IMG/VR virus record: IMGVR_UViG_3300045988_055134
Location: 1,364 to 65,363 of that record
Strand: one strand, 5' to 3'
Source: a virus
DNA length: 64,000 nucleotides
Part shown: positions 7,533-16,777 of the stretch, in pieces
Position numbering within the stretch: position 1 is the first letter of the stretch
How the letters are laid out: each line of letters starts with the position of its first letter
Made by a program: the position numbers and the translations under genes
The notes under the pieces: generated by a model
Database searches by the model: none
The model's input: the letters and a program-made list of their open reading frames with translations, nothing else
Told to the model about the DNA's origin: nothing

Positions 7533-8741
7533 ATGGCTATTTTTGATCCTAAGAATGTTCCTGTTATTTCCAAACTAACTATTGGAGATCAGACTTATTA
7601 TCTAAAGGACGCTGAAGTTCGTGAGCTGCTTAAGACTCTTGGTACTGCTGCTCAGAAAGATGTTGCCGCGGGTGTTGGCGCTGATGAGCAGGGTCTTGTA
7701 ACTGGTGCTCAGGTTCAGGCTGCCATTGCTAGCTCTATGCACTTCCGCGGTGTTGTTACTTCTTTTGATGACATTACCGATCCTGCCGCAGGTGATGTAA
7801 TTATCATTGGTGTTAAGGAGTACGTGTATGGCGGTGAGCCTGCTACATGGCATGAGCTTGGCGATGAGAGCATTTATGCTTTAAAGACTGTTACTATTGG
7901 TACTCAGAATCTGTCTGCTAATATTAACCTTGATACCCTTGCTGCGGATATGGGTCTTGGCAAGCTGGCTAAGAAGGATTCCGCTACTGGTACCGTAGCT
8001 GGCCAGACTATTACCGGTCTGAAGGCTAAGGGCAATGCCGCGGGTTCTATTGAGGTTGGTCTTACTCAGACTGCAACTGATGCTACTCTAACCAAGAGTG
8101 ATTATACTCCAGCAGGTACTGTAACCGGTACGACAACTGCTGCTGGTACTGTTAGTATTGCTAAGGATGCTGAAAACGGTGTTCAAATTTCCGGTTCTGT
8201 GTCTGCACCAAACGTAACCGTAACCCCAGCTAAGGATAGTATTAAAAAGGTAACTTCCGTTGGTTCTTTGCCGTCTAAGGCTAAGGATACTTTTGTTACC
8301 AACGGCGATGATACTTTTACTCAAGGTTCTCAGGCTTCTTGGAGTGCTTCTGTTGATGATGCCACTGAGACTTTAAGTTTTAGCTTTACCGCGAATGTAC
8401 TTCCTACTTTTGTGCAGGGCGCAAAGGCTTCTTATACAGAAGGTGCATTTGATGCAGGTACTCTTCCAGAACTTGCTGAAACCGCAACCGATGTTGTAAC
8501 TGGTATTACTAGCGCGACTGCTACGGCTCCAGTATTTACTGGCGATAAATTTGCAGCTACCTTTGCTGGTAATGAAGTCGATGTTAATGCTACCTTCGCA
8601 GGCACTAAGACTCAGGTTGTTACCGGCGTATCTTACGATAAGGCTGGCGTAGACACTGACAAGACCAAGTTCACTGGCGCTGCTGTTGAGCTTGATGTTG
8701 ACGACGTAGTAGTTACCGCTAAGGAAGTTACTGTTAAGTAA
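7533..8741 (+). CDS. Ala/Thr/Gly/Val-rich structural (fibre-like) protein
   Basis: Low-complexity TGT/TAT repeats; high GC; N-terminal motif ..YYLKDAEVREL. Confidence 0.6.
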   Translation: MAIFDPKNVPVISKLTIGDQTYYLKDAEVRELLKTLGTAAQKDVAAGVGADEQGLVTGAQVQAAIASSMHFRGVVTSFDDITDPAAGDVIIIGVKEYVYGGEPATWHELGDESIYALKTVTIGTQNLSANINLDTLAADMGLGKLAKKDSATGTVAGQTITGLKAKGNAAGSIEVGLTQTATDATLTKSDYTPAGTVTGTTTAAGTVSIAKDAENGVQISGSVSAPNVTVTPAKDSIKKVTSVGSLPSKAKDTFVTNGDDTFTQGSQASWSASVDDATETLSFSFTANVLPTFVQGAKASYTEGAFDAGTLPELAETATDVVTGITSATATAPVFTGDKFAATFAGNEVDVNATFAGTKTQVVTGVSYDKAGVDTDKTKFTGAAVELDVDDVVVTAKEVTVK

Positions 8742-8794
8742 TTTAGCACTAGCGAGTTAAATGCTCATTTATGAAAATAAAGGATGGTGAGTAA

Positions 8795-9265
8795 ATGGCG
8801 AATAAGTACATTTCCCATGTAGAACTCGGCAGTACCATTTACTCCCTTAAAGATGAAGAAGCAAGAGCCGCGGTCAATGCATTGCAAACTGCGGTTTCTT
8901 CTTCTCTAGTCTTTAAAGGTGTCGTCTCTAGTGCTGCCGATCTTACTGGTCTAAAGAACTACAAAATTGGTTGGACATATAAAGCTAATGCTTCTTTCGA
9001 GATTGCTTCTTTGGGCAAACTTGAAGTAGGCGATATGATTATATGTATCGGCGATTATAGCTCTAGCTATAAAGCAAGTGACTGGACAGTAGTTCAAAAC
9101 AATGTAGATACTATGACTGGAGCTTCCTCTACGGCCGGAGGCACGAGAGGTTTAGTACCAGCGCCTCAAGCAGGAGATACTGATAAGTATCTTAAAGGTG
9201 ATGGATCGTGGGGTTCTCCTTCTGCGTCTGTTGCTTGGGGCAATTTCTCTGATTTAATAGGATAA
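8795..9265 (+). CDS. structural/fibre-like protein paralogue
   Basis: N-terminus ...IYSLKDEEARAAV resembles the 7533 and 18180 genes. Confidence 0.55.
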   Translation: MANKYISHVELGSTIYSLKDEEARAAVNALQTAVSSSLVFKGVVSSAADLTGLKNYKIGWTYKANASFEIASLGKLEVGDMIICIGDYSSSYKASDWTVVQNNVDTMTGASSTAGGTRGLVPAPQAGDTDKYLKGDGSWGSPSASVAWGNFSDLIG

Positions 9266-9295
9266 AGCCATTAGGCTTTATCCTATTTTTTTATT
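9259..9295 (+). terminator. rho-independent terminator
   Basis: GGATAAAGCC/GGCTTTATCC followed by a T-run. Confidence 0.7.
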
Positions 9296-9377
9296 TTTCT
9301 CAAAAATTATTGTATTATATGTATATAAACAAAAGGAAATATGATAAGGATCGACACTAAGCTAGCTTAGATGATCT

Positions 9378-9406
9378 TTGACATATATGAAATTTTATTA
9401 TATAAT
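9378..9406 (+). promoter_or_regulatory. sigma70-type promoter: TTGACA, 17-nt spacer, TATAAT
   Basis: Exact consensus hexamers with 17-nt spacing. Confidence 0.65.
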
Positions 9407-9439
9407 ATATATAGTAAATGAGAAAAGGAGTTACAAGTT

Positions 9440-9772
9440 ATGTTTCCGATTGAGAAGTACAAGTTTTATACCAATGGTTCTCGTGTAATTGTGGTTTCCA
9501 CCTACGCAGGCAGGGTAGTGCGTGGTGTTGCAGTATGCCATGCAGATGACGAGTTTTCACTGGAGAAGGGTAAGCAGCTTGCTGCTCTGCGATGCGCAGA
9601 AAAGATTGCTACTAAGCGTATGAAGCGCGCAACGGCGAAGAAACTTGAGGCTAGACGCATTTATGATGATGCGGTTGCTCATTATTCTGATATGGCTGAT
9701 TATGAGAATGAGGCTGCGCATGAACTGCATGAAGTTATGGAAGCTAAACGAGAGTTTCTTGAAACTCTATAA
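9440..9772 (+). CDS. hypothetical protein
   Basis: AAAGGAG RBS. Confidence 0.55.
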   Translation: MFPIEKYKFYTNGSRVIVVSTYAGRVVRGVAVCHADDEFSLEKGKQLAALRCAEKIATKRMKRATAKKLEARRIYDDAVAHYSDMADYENEAAHELHEVMEAKREFLETL

Positions 9773-9809
9773 GTTGCTATCCTGAGCAAGATATAAAACT
9801 GCTCTATTT

Positions 9810-9903
9810 GGAGGATTAACCCTAATTGGTAAGGGAGCGGTCCTGAAAACCGCTAGTACCCGTGAACAACGGCGTAAGAGTTCAAGTCTCTTATCCTCCG
9901 CCA
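9810..9903 (+). tRNA. tRNA-Ser (apparent anticodon UGA, unusual C33), class II, CCA encoded
   Basis: Acceptor GGAGGAT/ATCCTCC, anticodon stem GCGGT/ACCGC, loop CCTGAAA, 22-nt variable arm. Confidence 0.7.
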
Positions 9904-9960
9904 ACAAATTAGACGAGAAATAGGAGGCAGAATAATGGACGCTTTAGAATTTGCAAAAGA

Positions 9961-10272
9961 ATGTGCAGGAGCCACGAGAGATGTCTCGACTGTCCGCTTA
10001 AAGGAGTCAAATGTAACGAGATTGATGAAAGTTACAGTAAAATCATTGCTATCGTTGAACAATGGTCGAAGGATCATCCACGCAAAACGCGACAGAGTGT
10101 ATTTCTAGAGCAGTGGCCTGATGCCGTCCTTGATAGGTTTGGAGTAATGCAGCTTTGTCCGATGAATGTTTCTGCTGCTCACAGAAGAAGAGACAATAGC
10201 GAAAAGTGTAAGAATCCAGAAAAACTGTGTATAGACTGCCGCCGCGAATTCTGGATGCAGGAAGTAGAATAA
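9961..10272 (+). CDS. Cys-rich (CxxC) hypothetical protein
   Basis: ORF of 103 aa; weak RBS; there is an alternative ATG at 9935 in another frame. Confidence 0.4.
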   Translation: MCRSHERCLDCPLKGVKCNEIDESYSKIIAIVEQWSKDHPRKTRQSVFLEQWPDAVLDRFGVMQLCPMNVSAAHRRRDNSEKCKNPEKLCIDCRREFWMQEVE

Positions 10273-10351
10273 TGAGAGATAAAAATCTCATAAATGCGGA
10301 AACTACACGCTGACTCATGAGACTGTAACGGATGCCGATGGAGGAGGAAAT

Positions 10352-10765
10352 GTGATGGAAAATGTTAATTGCCTGCGTTGCCGCTTTAGGCATAAGGATA
10401 ACGGAAACTGTACTGCGGTCGGTGGATTCTGCACGGCGGTCCCGGCGGCGCACTGCCCGCTACTGCGGGAATATTTGGACGGAGGTCAGTTAATGGGTAA
10501 ATACATCACGAAAGAAGCCGCGCTGAATACAATCTTCAGCGAACCGCCGGAAGCGCATTATCCGAGTTGGTACGCAGAGAGGATTAAGGCGCTGCCAGCT
10601 GCCGATGTTGCGCCGGTGGCGCATGGGTGGTGGAACGCAGACGAAACTTGCTCATTGTGCGGAGAGAAGTCAACGGAAGGACTGGACGCAACGAAGTGGA
10701 ACTATTGGCTCCCTAACTACTGCCCCAACTGTGGTGCAAAGATGGGCGGAAAGGATGGCTGCTAA
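10352..10765 (+). CDS. Cys-rich hypothetical protein in a GC-rich segment
   Basis: GAGGAGGAAATG RBS. Confidence 0.55.
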   Translation: MMENVNCLRCRFRHKDNGNCTAVGGFCTAVPAAHCPLLREYLDGGQLMGKYITKEAALNTIFSEPPEAHYPSWYAERIKALPAADVAPVAHGWWNADETCSLCGEKSTEGLDATKWNYWLPNYCPNCGAKMGGKDGC

Positions 10766-10827
10766 GCAGTCCTGGATTATTTACAATAAAAGCAAGAAAT
10801 GAGAAATTTGCAATAAAATAAATATTA

Positions 10828-10836
10828 TGATATAAT
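10828..10836 (+). promoter_or_regulatory. extended -10 promoter element TGATATAAT
   Basis: Member of the repeated promoter family. Confidence 0.5.
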
Positions 10837-10857
10837 ATGAAAGTGAGGGATTTAATA

Positions 10858-10950
10858 ATGCTGAATAAAGTAAGACACTTCTTCAAGGGTGTTTATCAGG
10901 CTGAGATGGATTATCAAAAGAAGAATAATGTTCGCTTCTTCTTGCGATAA
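10858..10950 (+). CDS. 30-aa peptide
   Basis: GAGGGA RBS directly downstream of a promoter element. Confidence 0.3.
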   Translation: MLNKVRHFFKGVYQAEMDYQKKNNVRFFLR

Positions 10951-10969
10951 TTCTCTTCTCTTCTTTTAA

Positions 10970-11051
10970 GGGCGAGTGGTGGAATGGTAGACACGGCAGA
11001 CTCAAAATCTGCTGCTTACGCGTGAGGGTTCGAATCCCTCCTCGCCTACCA
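10970..11051 (+). tRNA. tRNA-Leu (anticodon CAA), class II, CCA encoded
   Basis: Acceptor GGGCGAG/CTCGCCT, anticodon stem GCAGA/TCTGC, loop CTCAAAA. Confidence 0.8.
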
Positions 11052-11078
11052 TTAACTTACAGAAAGGGTTATAAAACA

Positions 11079-11330
11079 ATGAAAAAGAAGATTGTGGCAC
11101 TGGTTGCAGCTGCGGGTTTAGCATTCTGCTTAACTGGATGCGGAAACCATCAGATTTTAGATACTAATTTCTATTTTAATAGAGCAATTATCTCGATACC
11201 AGATGGCACAGTAGTTGATGGTATAGTTCAGTCTTGGAAAGACTTTGACGATGGTGATACTATTCAAATCAAGATTGATGATGTAACATATCTTACACAT
11301 ATTTCCAATGTAGTCTTAATGACCGATTAA
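11079..11330 (+). CDS. small lipoprotein (signal peptide plus lipobox LTGC)
   Basis: MKKKIVALVAAAGLAFCLTGCG. Confidence 0.65.
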   Translation: MKKKIVALVAAAGLAFCLTGCGNHQILDTNFYFNRAIISIPDGTVVDGIVQSWKDFDDGDTIQIKIDDVTYLTHISNVVLMTD

Positions 11331-11350
11331 GCGGCTTTTGTCGCTCTTAT

Positions 11351-11437
11351 GCGAACGTAGTCAAGTGGATTAAGACCCCGGCCTGCAAAGCTGTGTGACC
11401 CGTAAGGGCGTGAGTTCGAATCTCACCGTTCGCTCCA
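11351..11437 (+). tRNA. class II (long variable arm) tRNA with apparent anticodon GCA (Cys codons); anticodon stem is weak
   Basis: Acceptor GCGAACG/CGTTCGC, loop CTGCAAA, variable arm with CCC-GTAA-GGG hairpin, T-arm GTGAG-TTCGAAT-CTCAC, CCA. Confidence 0.5.
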
Positions 11438-11440
11438 TAA

Positions 11441-11515
11441 GACCTTAACAGCAAAGGAATGGACTGTAAATCCGTCGCTTATGCTACGCAGGTTCGAATC
11501 CTGCCCTCCTCACCA
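11441..11515 (+). tRNA. tRNA-Tyr(GUA)-like element lacking a complementary 5' acceptor strand; it abuts the CCA of the preceding tRNA
   Basis: Anticodon arm ATGGA-CTGTAAA-TCCGT, T-arm GCAGG-TTCGAAT-CCTGC, 3' CCTCCTC-A-CCA. Confidence 0.45.
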
Positions 11516-11628
11516 CTATATGCGGAGGTAGGGAAGTGGTCAAACCCAACGGAACCAAAAACAATAGGTCTAGAATTTAATCTCCCTTGTCCAAGGGAGC
11601 GACTAAAAATCAAAAGGAGATTGATACA

Positions 11629-13116
11629 ATGAATACTTTTATGAACGCTATGAAGCAGGACACTAACTTCACTCTGACTGAGAATGGCGCTATTACTCAT
11701 AAGTCTACGCTAAATGGACTTATGGATCTTTTTGCGCTTGGAGGCGCTTATCGTCAGCGCACTGATGCAGATTGCATCACTCTGTTCAAGGCTGCTTTTG
11801 ATGAGGACGAGGCTCATGCGCTGAAGTGTCTGTTTTATCTGCGCGATGTGCGTGGTGGACAGGGAGAACGTCGTTTCTTCCGCGTGGTTTCTCGTTGGCT
11901 TGCCTTCAATGAAACTGCAGCAATGCGCCGTAATCTGAAGTTCGTGCCCGAGTATGGTCGCTGGGATGATTTCTACGTCTTTGTCGGCACTCCTCTGGAG
12001 GACGAGGCTTTCAAGATTATGCGGCATCAGCTTGCGCTCGATGTTTCTTGTAAGACTCCGTCGCTTCTTGCTAAGTGGCTGAAGTCTGAGAACACTTCTT
12101 CTAAGGAGTCGCGCCGTCTGGCAACGATCTCTCGCAATCATTTCCATATGACTCCGAAGGAGTATCGCAAGACTCTGTCTGTACTGCGCGAGCGCATCCG
12201 CATTGTCGAACGTCTTATGTCTGAAAACCGTTGGGATGAGATTGAGTTTGATAAAATTCCTTCTCGCGCAGGCATTATCTATCGTAACGCATTTGCGCGT
12301 CGCGATATGATTAAGGCAAAGTATGAGGCTTTTGCTAAGGATACTGAAACTACCGTTAACGCTGGTGCGCTGTATCCGCATGACATTGCTCATCGTGCCT
12401 TCAACTCTCGCCATAAGAGCCTGGAAGAGCCTGAGCGTCTAATGCTCCAGAAATATTGGGATAATCTGCCCAATTTCTATGGCGACAATGCAGAGAATGG
12501 GATCGCGATTGTCGATGTTTCTGGCTCTATGTCTGGTGTTCCTATGGAAGCGGCTGTTTCTATGGGCGCATACATTGCAGATAAGGCGCACGGTCCGTTT
12601 GCTAACCACTTCATTACTTTTTCTGGCTCTCCGAAGCTGGTAAAGTTCGAAGGCGCAGATATTACGGATAAGCTGTGTCGCTGCATTAGCGCGGATTGGG
12701 GTATGAATACTAATATCGAAGCTGTTTTCGATATGCTGCTTGCGACCGCTATGAAGCAGTCTGTCCGTGCGGAAGATATGCCTGAGCGCGTATATATCTT
12801 TTCGGATATGGAATTTGATCGCTGTGTAACGAGTAATCATTTTACTGGCGGATGGTTTCGTGGCATGGAAATGCAGCAGATCAACACTCTCTTTGAAGAC
12901 ATGAAGGCTAAGTGGGCGCGTTGCAGTTACAAGATGCCGAGCTGTGTCTTTTGGAACTTGAACGCGCGTAATAACAACATTCCCGCGATTGGGGATGGCT
13001 TTAGCTATGTAAGCGGCTTTAGCCCTATTATGATCCAGCAGATTCTGAGTGGTAAGGACGGACTTGATCTTGTTCTTGAGAAGCTGGATAGTGAGCGTTA
13101 CGCGCGGATTCACTAA
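11629..13116 (+). CDS. vWA-domain protein (MIDAS motif DVSGSMSG), DUF2828/TROVE-like
   Basis: Motif content; AAAAGGAG RBS. Confidence 0.7.
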   Translation: MNTFMNAMKQDTNFTLTENGAITHKSTLNGLMDLFALGGAYRQRTDADCITLFKAAFDEDEAHALKCLFYLRDVRGGQGERRFFRVVSRWLAFNETAAMRRNLKFVPEYGRWDDFYVFVGTPLEDEAFKIMRHQLALDVSCKTPSLLAKWLKSENTSSKESRRLATISRNHFHMTPKEYRKTLSVLRERIRIVERLMSENRWDEIEFDKIPSRAGIIYRNAFARRDMIKAKYEAFAKDTETTVNAGALYPHDIAHRAFNSRHKSLEEPERLMLQKYWDNLPNFYGDNAENGIAIVDVSGSMSGVPMEAAVSMGAYIADKAHGPFANHFITFSGSPKLVKFEGADITDKLCRCISADWGMNTNIEAVFDMLLATAMKQSVRAEDMPERVYIFSDMEFDRCVTSNHFTGGWFRGMEMQQINTLFEDMKAKWARCSYKMPSCVFWNLNARNNNIPAIGDGFSYVSGFSPIMIQQILSGKDGLDLVLEKLDSERYARIH

Positions 13117-13120
13117 TATA

Positions 13121-13155
13121 AACGAGGAAATAGAAATATTTCCTTGTTTTTTCTT
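13121..13155 (+). terminator. rho-independent terminator
   Basis: AACGAGGAAATA/TATTTCCTTGTT followed by a T-run. Confidence 0.7.
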
Positions 13156-13226
13156 TTCTATTTGAAAATAATAAATAATTATTATATAATATATACATAA
13201 GGAAATAGGAAAGGAAGTTTATAAGA

Positions 13227-14045
13227 GTGTCTTATAATATGTATAAAGAAGAATTTAGCAGCATTTTTGAGCTTATGAACACGCTTAAAGAACGACCAAA
13301 CAATAGGTTTATGAGAGATGAACATAGTTCTCAAAAGACTGGTAACTCGAATTGGAGCGGTACAAATACTTATGAGGAAGCTGAATCTCTCTTGATTTAT
13401 GGATATCATGATCCAGTTAAAAATATCAAGAGCAATCTGATAAAGAACAAAAAGTTGGTTAGTAAGATGTATAATCTTATTCCTAAGCCGATTGCAACTA
13501 ATCAGATTGTAGGTTTCGTGCCTAATGTACCAAATGCGCTAATGGGCTTGCCGAAGTCTATGATTTCAGTAGAGAAAATCAATAGAAAGAAGAAAACTAT
13601 TTCTATTATCTATGCTACCGGTGGCGCGGCTATGGTAGAAAAAGAAGCGCTAGAAAGTGCGGGTGCAGCTCTTGTATCTGCTATTAACCTTATTGAACTT
13701 GCGGGAATTCAGACCAGACTCTCGATAGGATTTATTCCTTCTGTCTATAATAGACAGATAATTTTCCCTACTGTAAATATCAAAAATTTCAATGAGCGCT
13801 TTAGTCTGCAAAAGATTTGTTTCCCTATGGTTCACCCCAGTATGTTTAGGCGTATTGGTTTTAAGTATCTAGAGACTTGTCCTGGTATGGAAGAAGATTT
13901 TTCTTGTGGATATGGTAGACCAGCCTCGTTAGAAGAGATTAAAACTTGCTTAAAGGAAAAAGATACTTACATTATCAACAGAGAGTGGATTACAGATCAT
14001 GATAACAACATTGAAGAAATTCTTAAATACATGGAGGTATGCTAA
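13227..14045 (+). CDS. hypothetical protein; possible partner of the MoxR/vWA pair
   Basis: AGGAAAGGAAG RBS. Confidence 0.5.
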   Translation: MSYNMYKEEFSSIFELMNTLKERPNNRFMRDEHSSQKTGNSNWSGTNTYEEAESLLIYGYHDPVKNIKSNLIKNKKLVSKMYNLIPKPIATNQIVGFVPNVPNALMGLPKSMISVEKINRKKKTISIIYATGGAAMVEKEALESAGAALVSAINLIELAGIQTRLSIGFIPSVYNRQIIFPTVNIKNFNERFSLQKICFPMVHPSMFRRIGFKYLETCPGMEEDFSCGYGRPASLEEIKTCLKEKDTYIINREWITDHDNNIEEILKYMEVC

Positions 14046-14046
14046 T

Positions 14047-15006
14047 ATGGATAACGAGAAGATGCTTAAAGCAATGATGCAGGCGGTGACTAATGCCGTA
14101 GTTGATGTTAACGCGGACGAAGTTTTCGATCAGCTGTATCCTAAGATCGAGGAAAAGATCCATCAGACTTATGGTTTTCTCCCCGAAATTCATGAAATTC
14201 GCTCTCCCGAAGGTATTCATAAGATTGTCGGCACTACGCATGAGAAGTTCGATGAAGTAGCCAATATTGTTAATCTGGATATTCCAGTATATCTGACCGG
14301 TAAAGCAGGCACCGGCAAGAATGTTATTTGTCAGCAGGTTGCGGAAGCTCTGGGTCTGGATTTTTACTTCACCAATGCCGTTACGCAGGAGTACAAACTC
14401 ACTGGCTTTATTGATGCAAATGGCAATTATCAGGAGACCCAGTTTTATAAGGCTTTTACGAAGGGCGGTCTGTTCTTCTTGGACGAGATGGATGCGTCTA
14501 TCCCCGAGACTCTGATTATTTTGAACGCGGCCATCGCGAATAGATACTTCGATTTCCCCACCGGTAAAGTCAATGCGCACCCTAATTTTAGAGTTATTGC
14601 TGCCGGTAACACGGTTGGTACCGGTGCTGATAATAACTACACTGGTCGCTATTGCTTGGATAGAGCAAGTCTTGATCGTTTTGCAATGGTGAATATCGAC
14701 TATTCTGAGAAGATTGAGATGGCAATGGCGCATGATAACAAGAAGCTCGTTTCTTTCTGTCATTGTTTTCGTAATATTACTGATAAAACCGGCATTGAGT
14801 GTCTGTTCTCTTATCGTACTCTTGATAGAATTGCAAAACTGGAGCAGGTAATTAGTAACCTGTCTGAAGTTATGGCTATCTCTCTGCTCAAGGGTATTGA
14901 CGAAGATACTCTTACTATTCTGCGGAATGAACTGTCTAATGCGCCCGGAATGTCTAACAATAAGTATGCTAAAGCAATTATTAATAGCAATGCTTGGGAT
15001 TTTTAA
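14047..15006 (+). CDS. MoxR-like AAA+ ATPase (AAA_5; GKAGTGKN, FLDEMD)
   Basis: Walker A/B motifs; GGAGGT RBS. Confidence 0.75.
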   Translation: MDNEKMLKAMMQAVTNAVVDVNADEVFDQLYPKIEEKIHQTYGFLPEIHEIRSPEGIHKIVGTTHEKFDEVANIVNLDIPVYLTGKAGTGKNVICQQVAEALGLDFYFTNAVTQEYKLTGFIDANGNYQETQFYKAFTKGGLFFLDEMDASIPETLIILNAAIANRYFDFPTGKVNAHPNFRVIAAGNTVGTGADNNYTGRYCLDRASLDRFAMVNIDYSEKIEMAMAHDNKKLVSFCHCFRNITDKTGIECLFSYRTLDRIAKLEQVISNLSEVMAISLLKGIDEDTLTILRNELSNAPGMSNNKYAKAIINSNAWDF

Positions 15007-15019
15007 GGGAAGGTAAATC

Positions 15020-15283
15020 ATGAATAAAGAAAACTTTATTAAGCACGCACATAATCTCGCGCTCTATAATAAAAAAACAGTTGAACTCAGCAATATTCTT
15101 GATTACGGAGAGAGTTTTATTGACCTCATTGTAGGTGAGTATGGTGTTGCTCTTATTGAAGCTGTCAATCCGAATATCTCTGATGCCACTTATGAAGAGT
15201 TTTGGAGCAACATTTTCCGCGATACCTCTGATAATGGTCCCGTAGACTGGGGCGCATATTATGATAAAATGCGAGGTGAGTAA
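15020..15283 (+). CDS. hypothetical protein
   Basis: GGGAAGG RBS. Confidence 0.5.
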   Translation: MNKENFIKHAHNLALYNKKTVELSNILDYGESFIDLIVGEYGVALIEAVNPNISDATYEEFWSNIFRDTSDNGPVDWGAYYDKMRGE

Positions 15284-15285
15284 TC

Positions 15286-15387
15286 ATGTAGATAGGTTGG
15301 ATTTGTCCAAAGTGCGGACACGCAAATGCTCCGTGGGTAAAGTAGTGCGGCTGTGGCTACTTTAGAGAGCCATGTAAGCAAGAATAA
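15286..15387 (+). CDS. 33-codon zinc-ribbon peptide (CPKCG...CGCG) with two in-frame TAG codons (codons 2 and 20)
   Basis: GAGGTGAG RBS; the frame is open only if TAG is sense. Confidence 0.4.
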
Positions 15388-15390
15388 TGG

Positions 15391-15428
15391 TAAAGGAGAG
15401 CTAGATTAATAGCTCTCCTTTATTTTAT
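15391..15428 (+). terminator. rho-independent terminator
   Basis: AAGGAGAGCT/AGCTCTCCTT followed by a T-run. Confidence 0.7.
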
Positions 15429-15483
15429 TATAAAAATATCATATAATATATATAGAAAGTAAAGAAAGAGGGTAAATGAATTT

Positions 15484-16287
15484 ATGAAGTATTTTGTTGA
15501 CTTTGAAGCTACTCAGTTCGCGGGAGAGATTATTTCGATTGGTTGCGTGCGGGAAGATGGCAAGACTTTTTACTCGCTTGTGGCTCCCAGTAATTTTAAT
15601 AAAGTCACTGAATTTATCACTAAGCTGACAGGTCTCACGGTAGATATGCTGAAAAGTGCGCCGTCCGCGGACAAGGCTTTTGAAGAGTTCTATGATTGGG
15701 CTTTTGATGATGTTGATGATATGCCAGAGTTCTATGCTTGGGGTAACGCTGATATTGAATATCTGCGCCATACGTTCCATAATACGACTTCTATGAAAGC
15801 ACGTACTATGATGGGTTATATGTGCGGTGATATGAGAAATGCAGCCAAATGGTTCAGTAAGAGAACTAAAATTAAGGATTGCGCTTTGATTAGAGCCTAT
15901 AACCTCTTGATTGACAATGCAGCAGTTCAGACTCATAATTCTCTTGATGATGCAATGATGTTGGCTAAGGTCGTTAAGATTACTGATTCTATTCCTGCTG
16001 AAGAGCTGCGAGAGAAAATGGGTGTTAAGAAGAAAGAGGAAGTAGCTCCTTCTGTTAAGTTGAATGAAGTAGAATTTTCTGTCGGGACTGTTTGTATTGT
16101 AAACAAGAAGAAAGCAGTAATCAATCATTTTGATAACTTGCAGGCAGCTGCCGAGTGGGTTATTACCACAAAGGTTGGTGTAAAGCAACAGGAAACTATT
16201 AATGAGGATAATGTTGCTAAGAAAATTAAGCGAGCTTGCTTGAACGGTAAACTCTATTTTAGCTATAAATGGAGACTTATTGCATGA
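15484..16287 (+). CDS. DEDDh 3'-5' exonuclease (DnaQ-like; Exo I VDFEATQ, Exo III HNSLDDAMM)
   Basis: Motif content. Confidence 0.7.
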   Translation: MKYFVDFEATQFAGEIISIGCVREDGKTFYSLVAPSNFNKVTEFITKLTGLTVDMLKSAPSADKAFEEFYDWAFDDVDDMPEFYAWGNADIEYLRHTFHNTTSMKARTMMGYMCGDMRNAAKWFSKRTKIKDCALIRAYNLLIDNAAVQTHNSLDDAMMLAKVVKITDSIPAEELREKMGVKKKEEVAPSVKLNEVEFSVGTVCIVNKKKAVINHFDNLQAAAEWVITTKVGVKQQETINEDNVAKKIKRACLNGKLYFSYKWRLIA

Positions 16288-16595
16288 AATTATGGATTGA
16301 TGATACAAGACCCGCTCCCGTCGGATATATCTGGATTAAAAGCGTAGACTCAGCTAAAACCGCAATTTGGCACTATGAGCATAACATGGTAGATGATAAT
16401 ATCTTGATTGACCTTGATCATGATGCTGGTGACTATGTATCTAAAGGTGGGGACTATATCAAGTTACTCGATTGGCTAGAAGCTAAAGGTATTGTAGATA
16501 CTGGATATAGCTTTCATATACATAGTATGAATCCTGTCGGCGTCCAGAATATGAGAGTGATCATTGAGAAAAATAGATGGAGGGAGATTAGATAA
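16284..16595 (+). CDS. receiver-like phage domain protein (LWIDDTRP...LDHDAG motif)
   Basis: Conserved motif of unknown function. Confidence 0.45.
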   Translation: MKLWIDDTRPAPVGYIWIKSVDSAKTAIWHYEHNMVDDNILIDLDHDAGDYVSKGGDYIKLLDWLEAKGIVDTGYSFHIHSMNPVGVQNMRVIIEKNRWREIR

Positions 16596-16777
16596 TGGTT
16601 ATTATTAAGAAGCATAGATATATTGGTTATCGAGTTAAATGCGAAAAGTGCAAGTGCGTTTTTCATTGTAAGTTTAATGAAGTTACCCGTGGGGTTGGCA
16701 CTGGCCGACTTTTGACAGTTTGTCCTGCTTGTAACGAAATAGTTTACTACAATCATTTTAATTGGAGGAAGATTTAA
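16595..16777 (+). CDS. zinc-ribbon small protein
   Basis: CEKCKC...CPAC. Confidence 0.45.
   Translation: MVIIKKHRYIGYRVKCEKCKCVFHCKFNEVTRGVGTGRLLTVCPACNEIVYYNHFNWRKI

Noticed and set aside
9935-10149. Alternative reading frame from ATG 9935 (best RBS) instead of the Cys-rich 9961 frame
   Set aside because: The 9935 frame gives a shorter low-complexity product needing a TAG readthrough, while the 9961 frame has CxxC zinc-binding motifs. The start remains unresolved, so only the 9961 ORF is reported, at low confidence.
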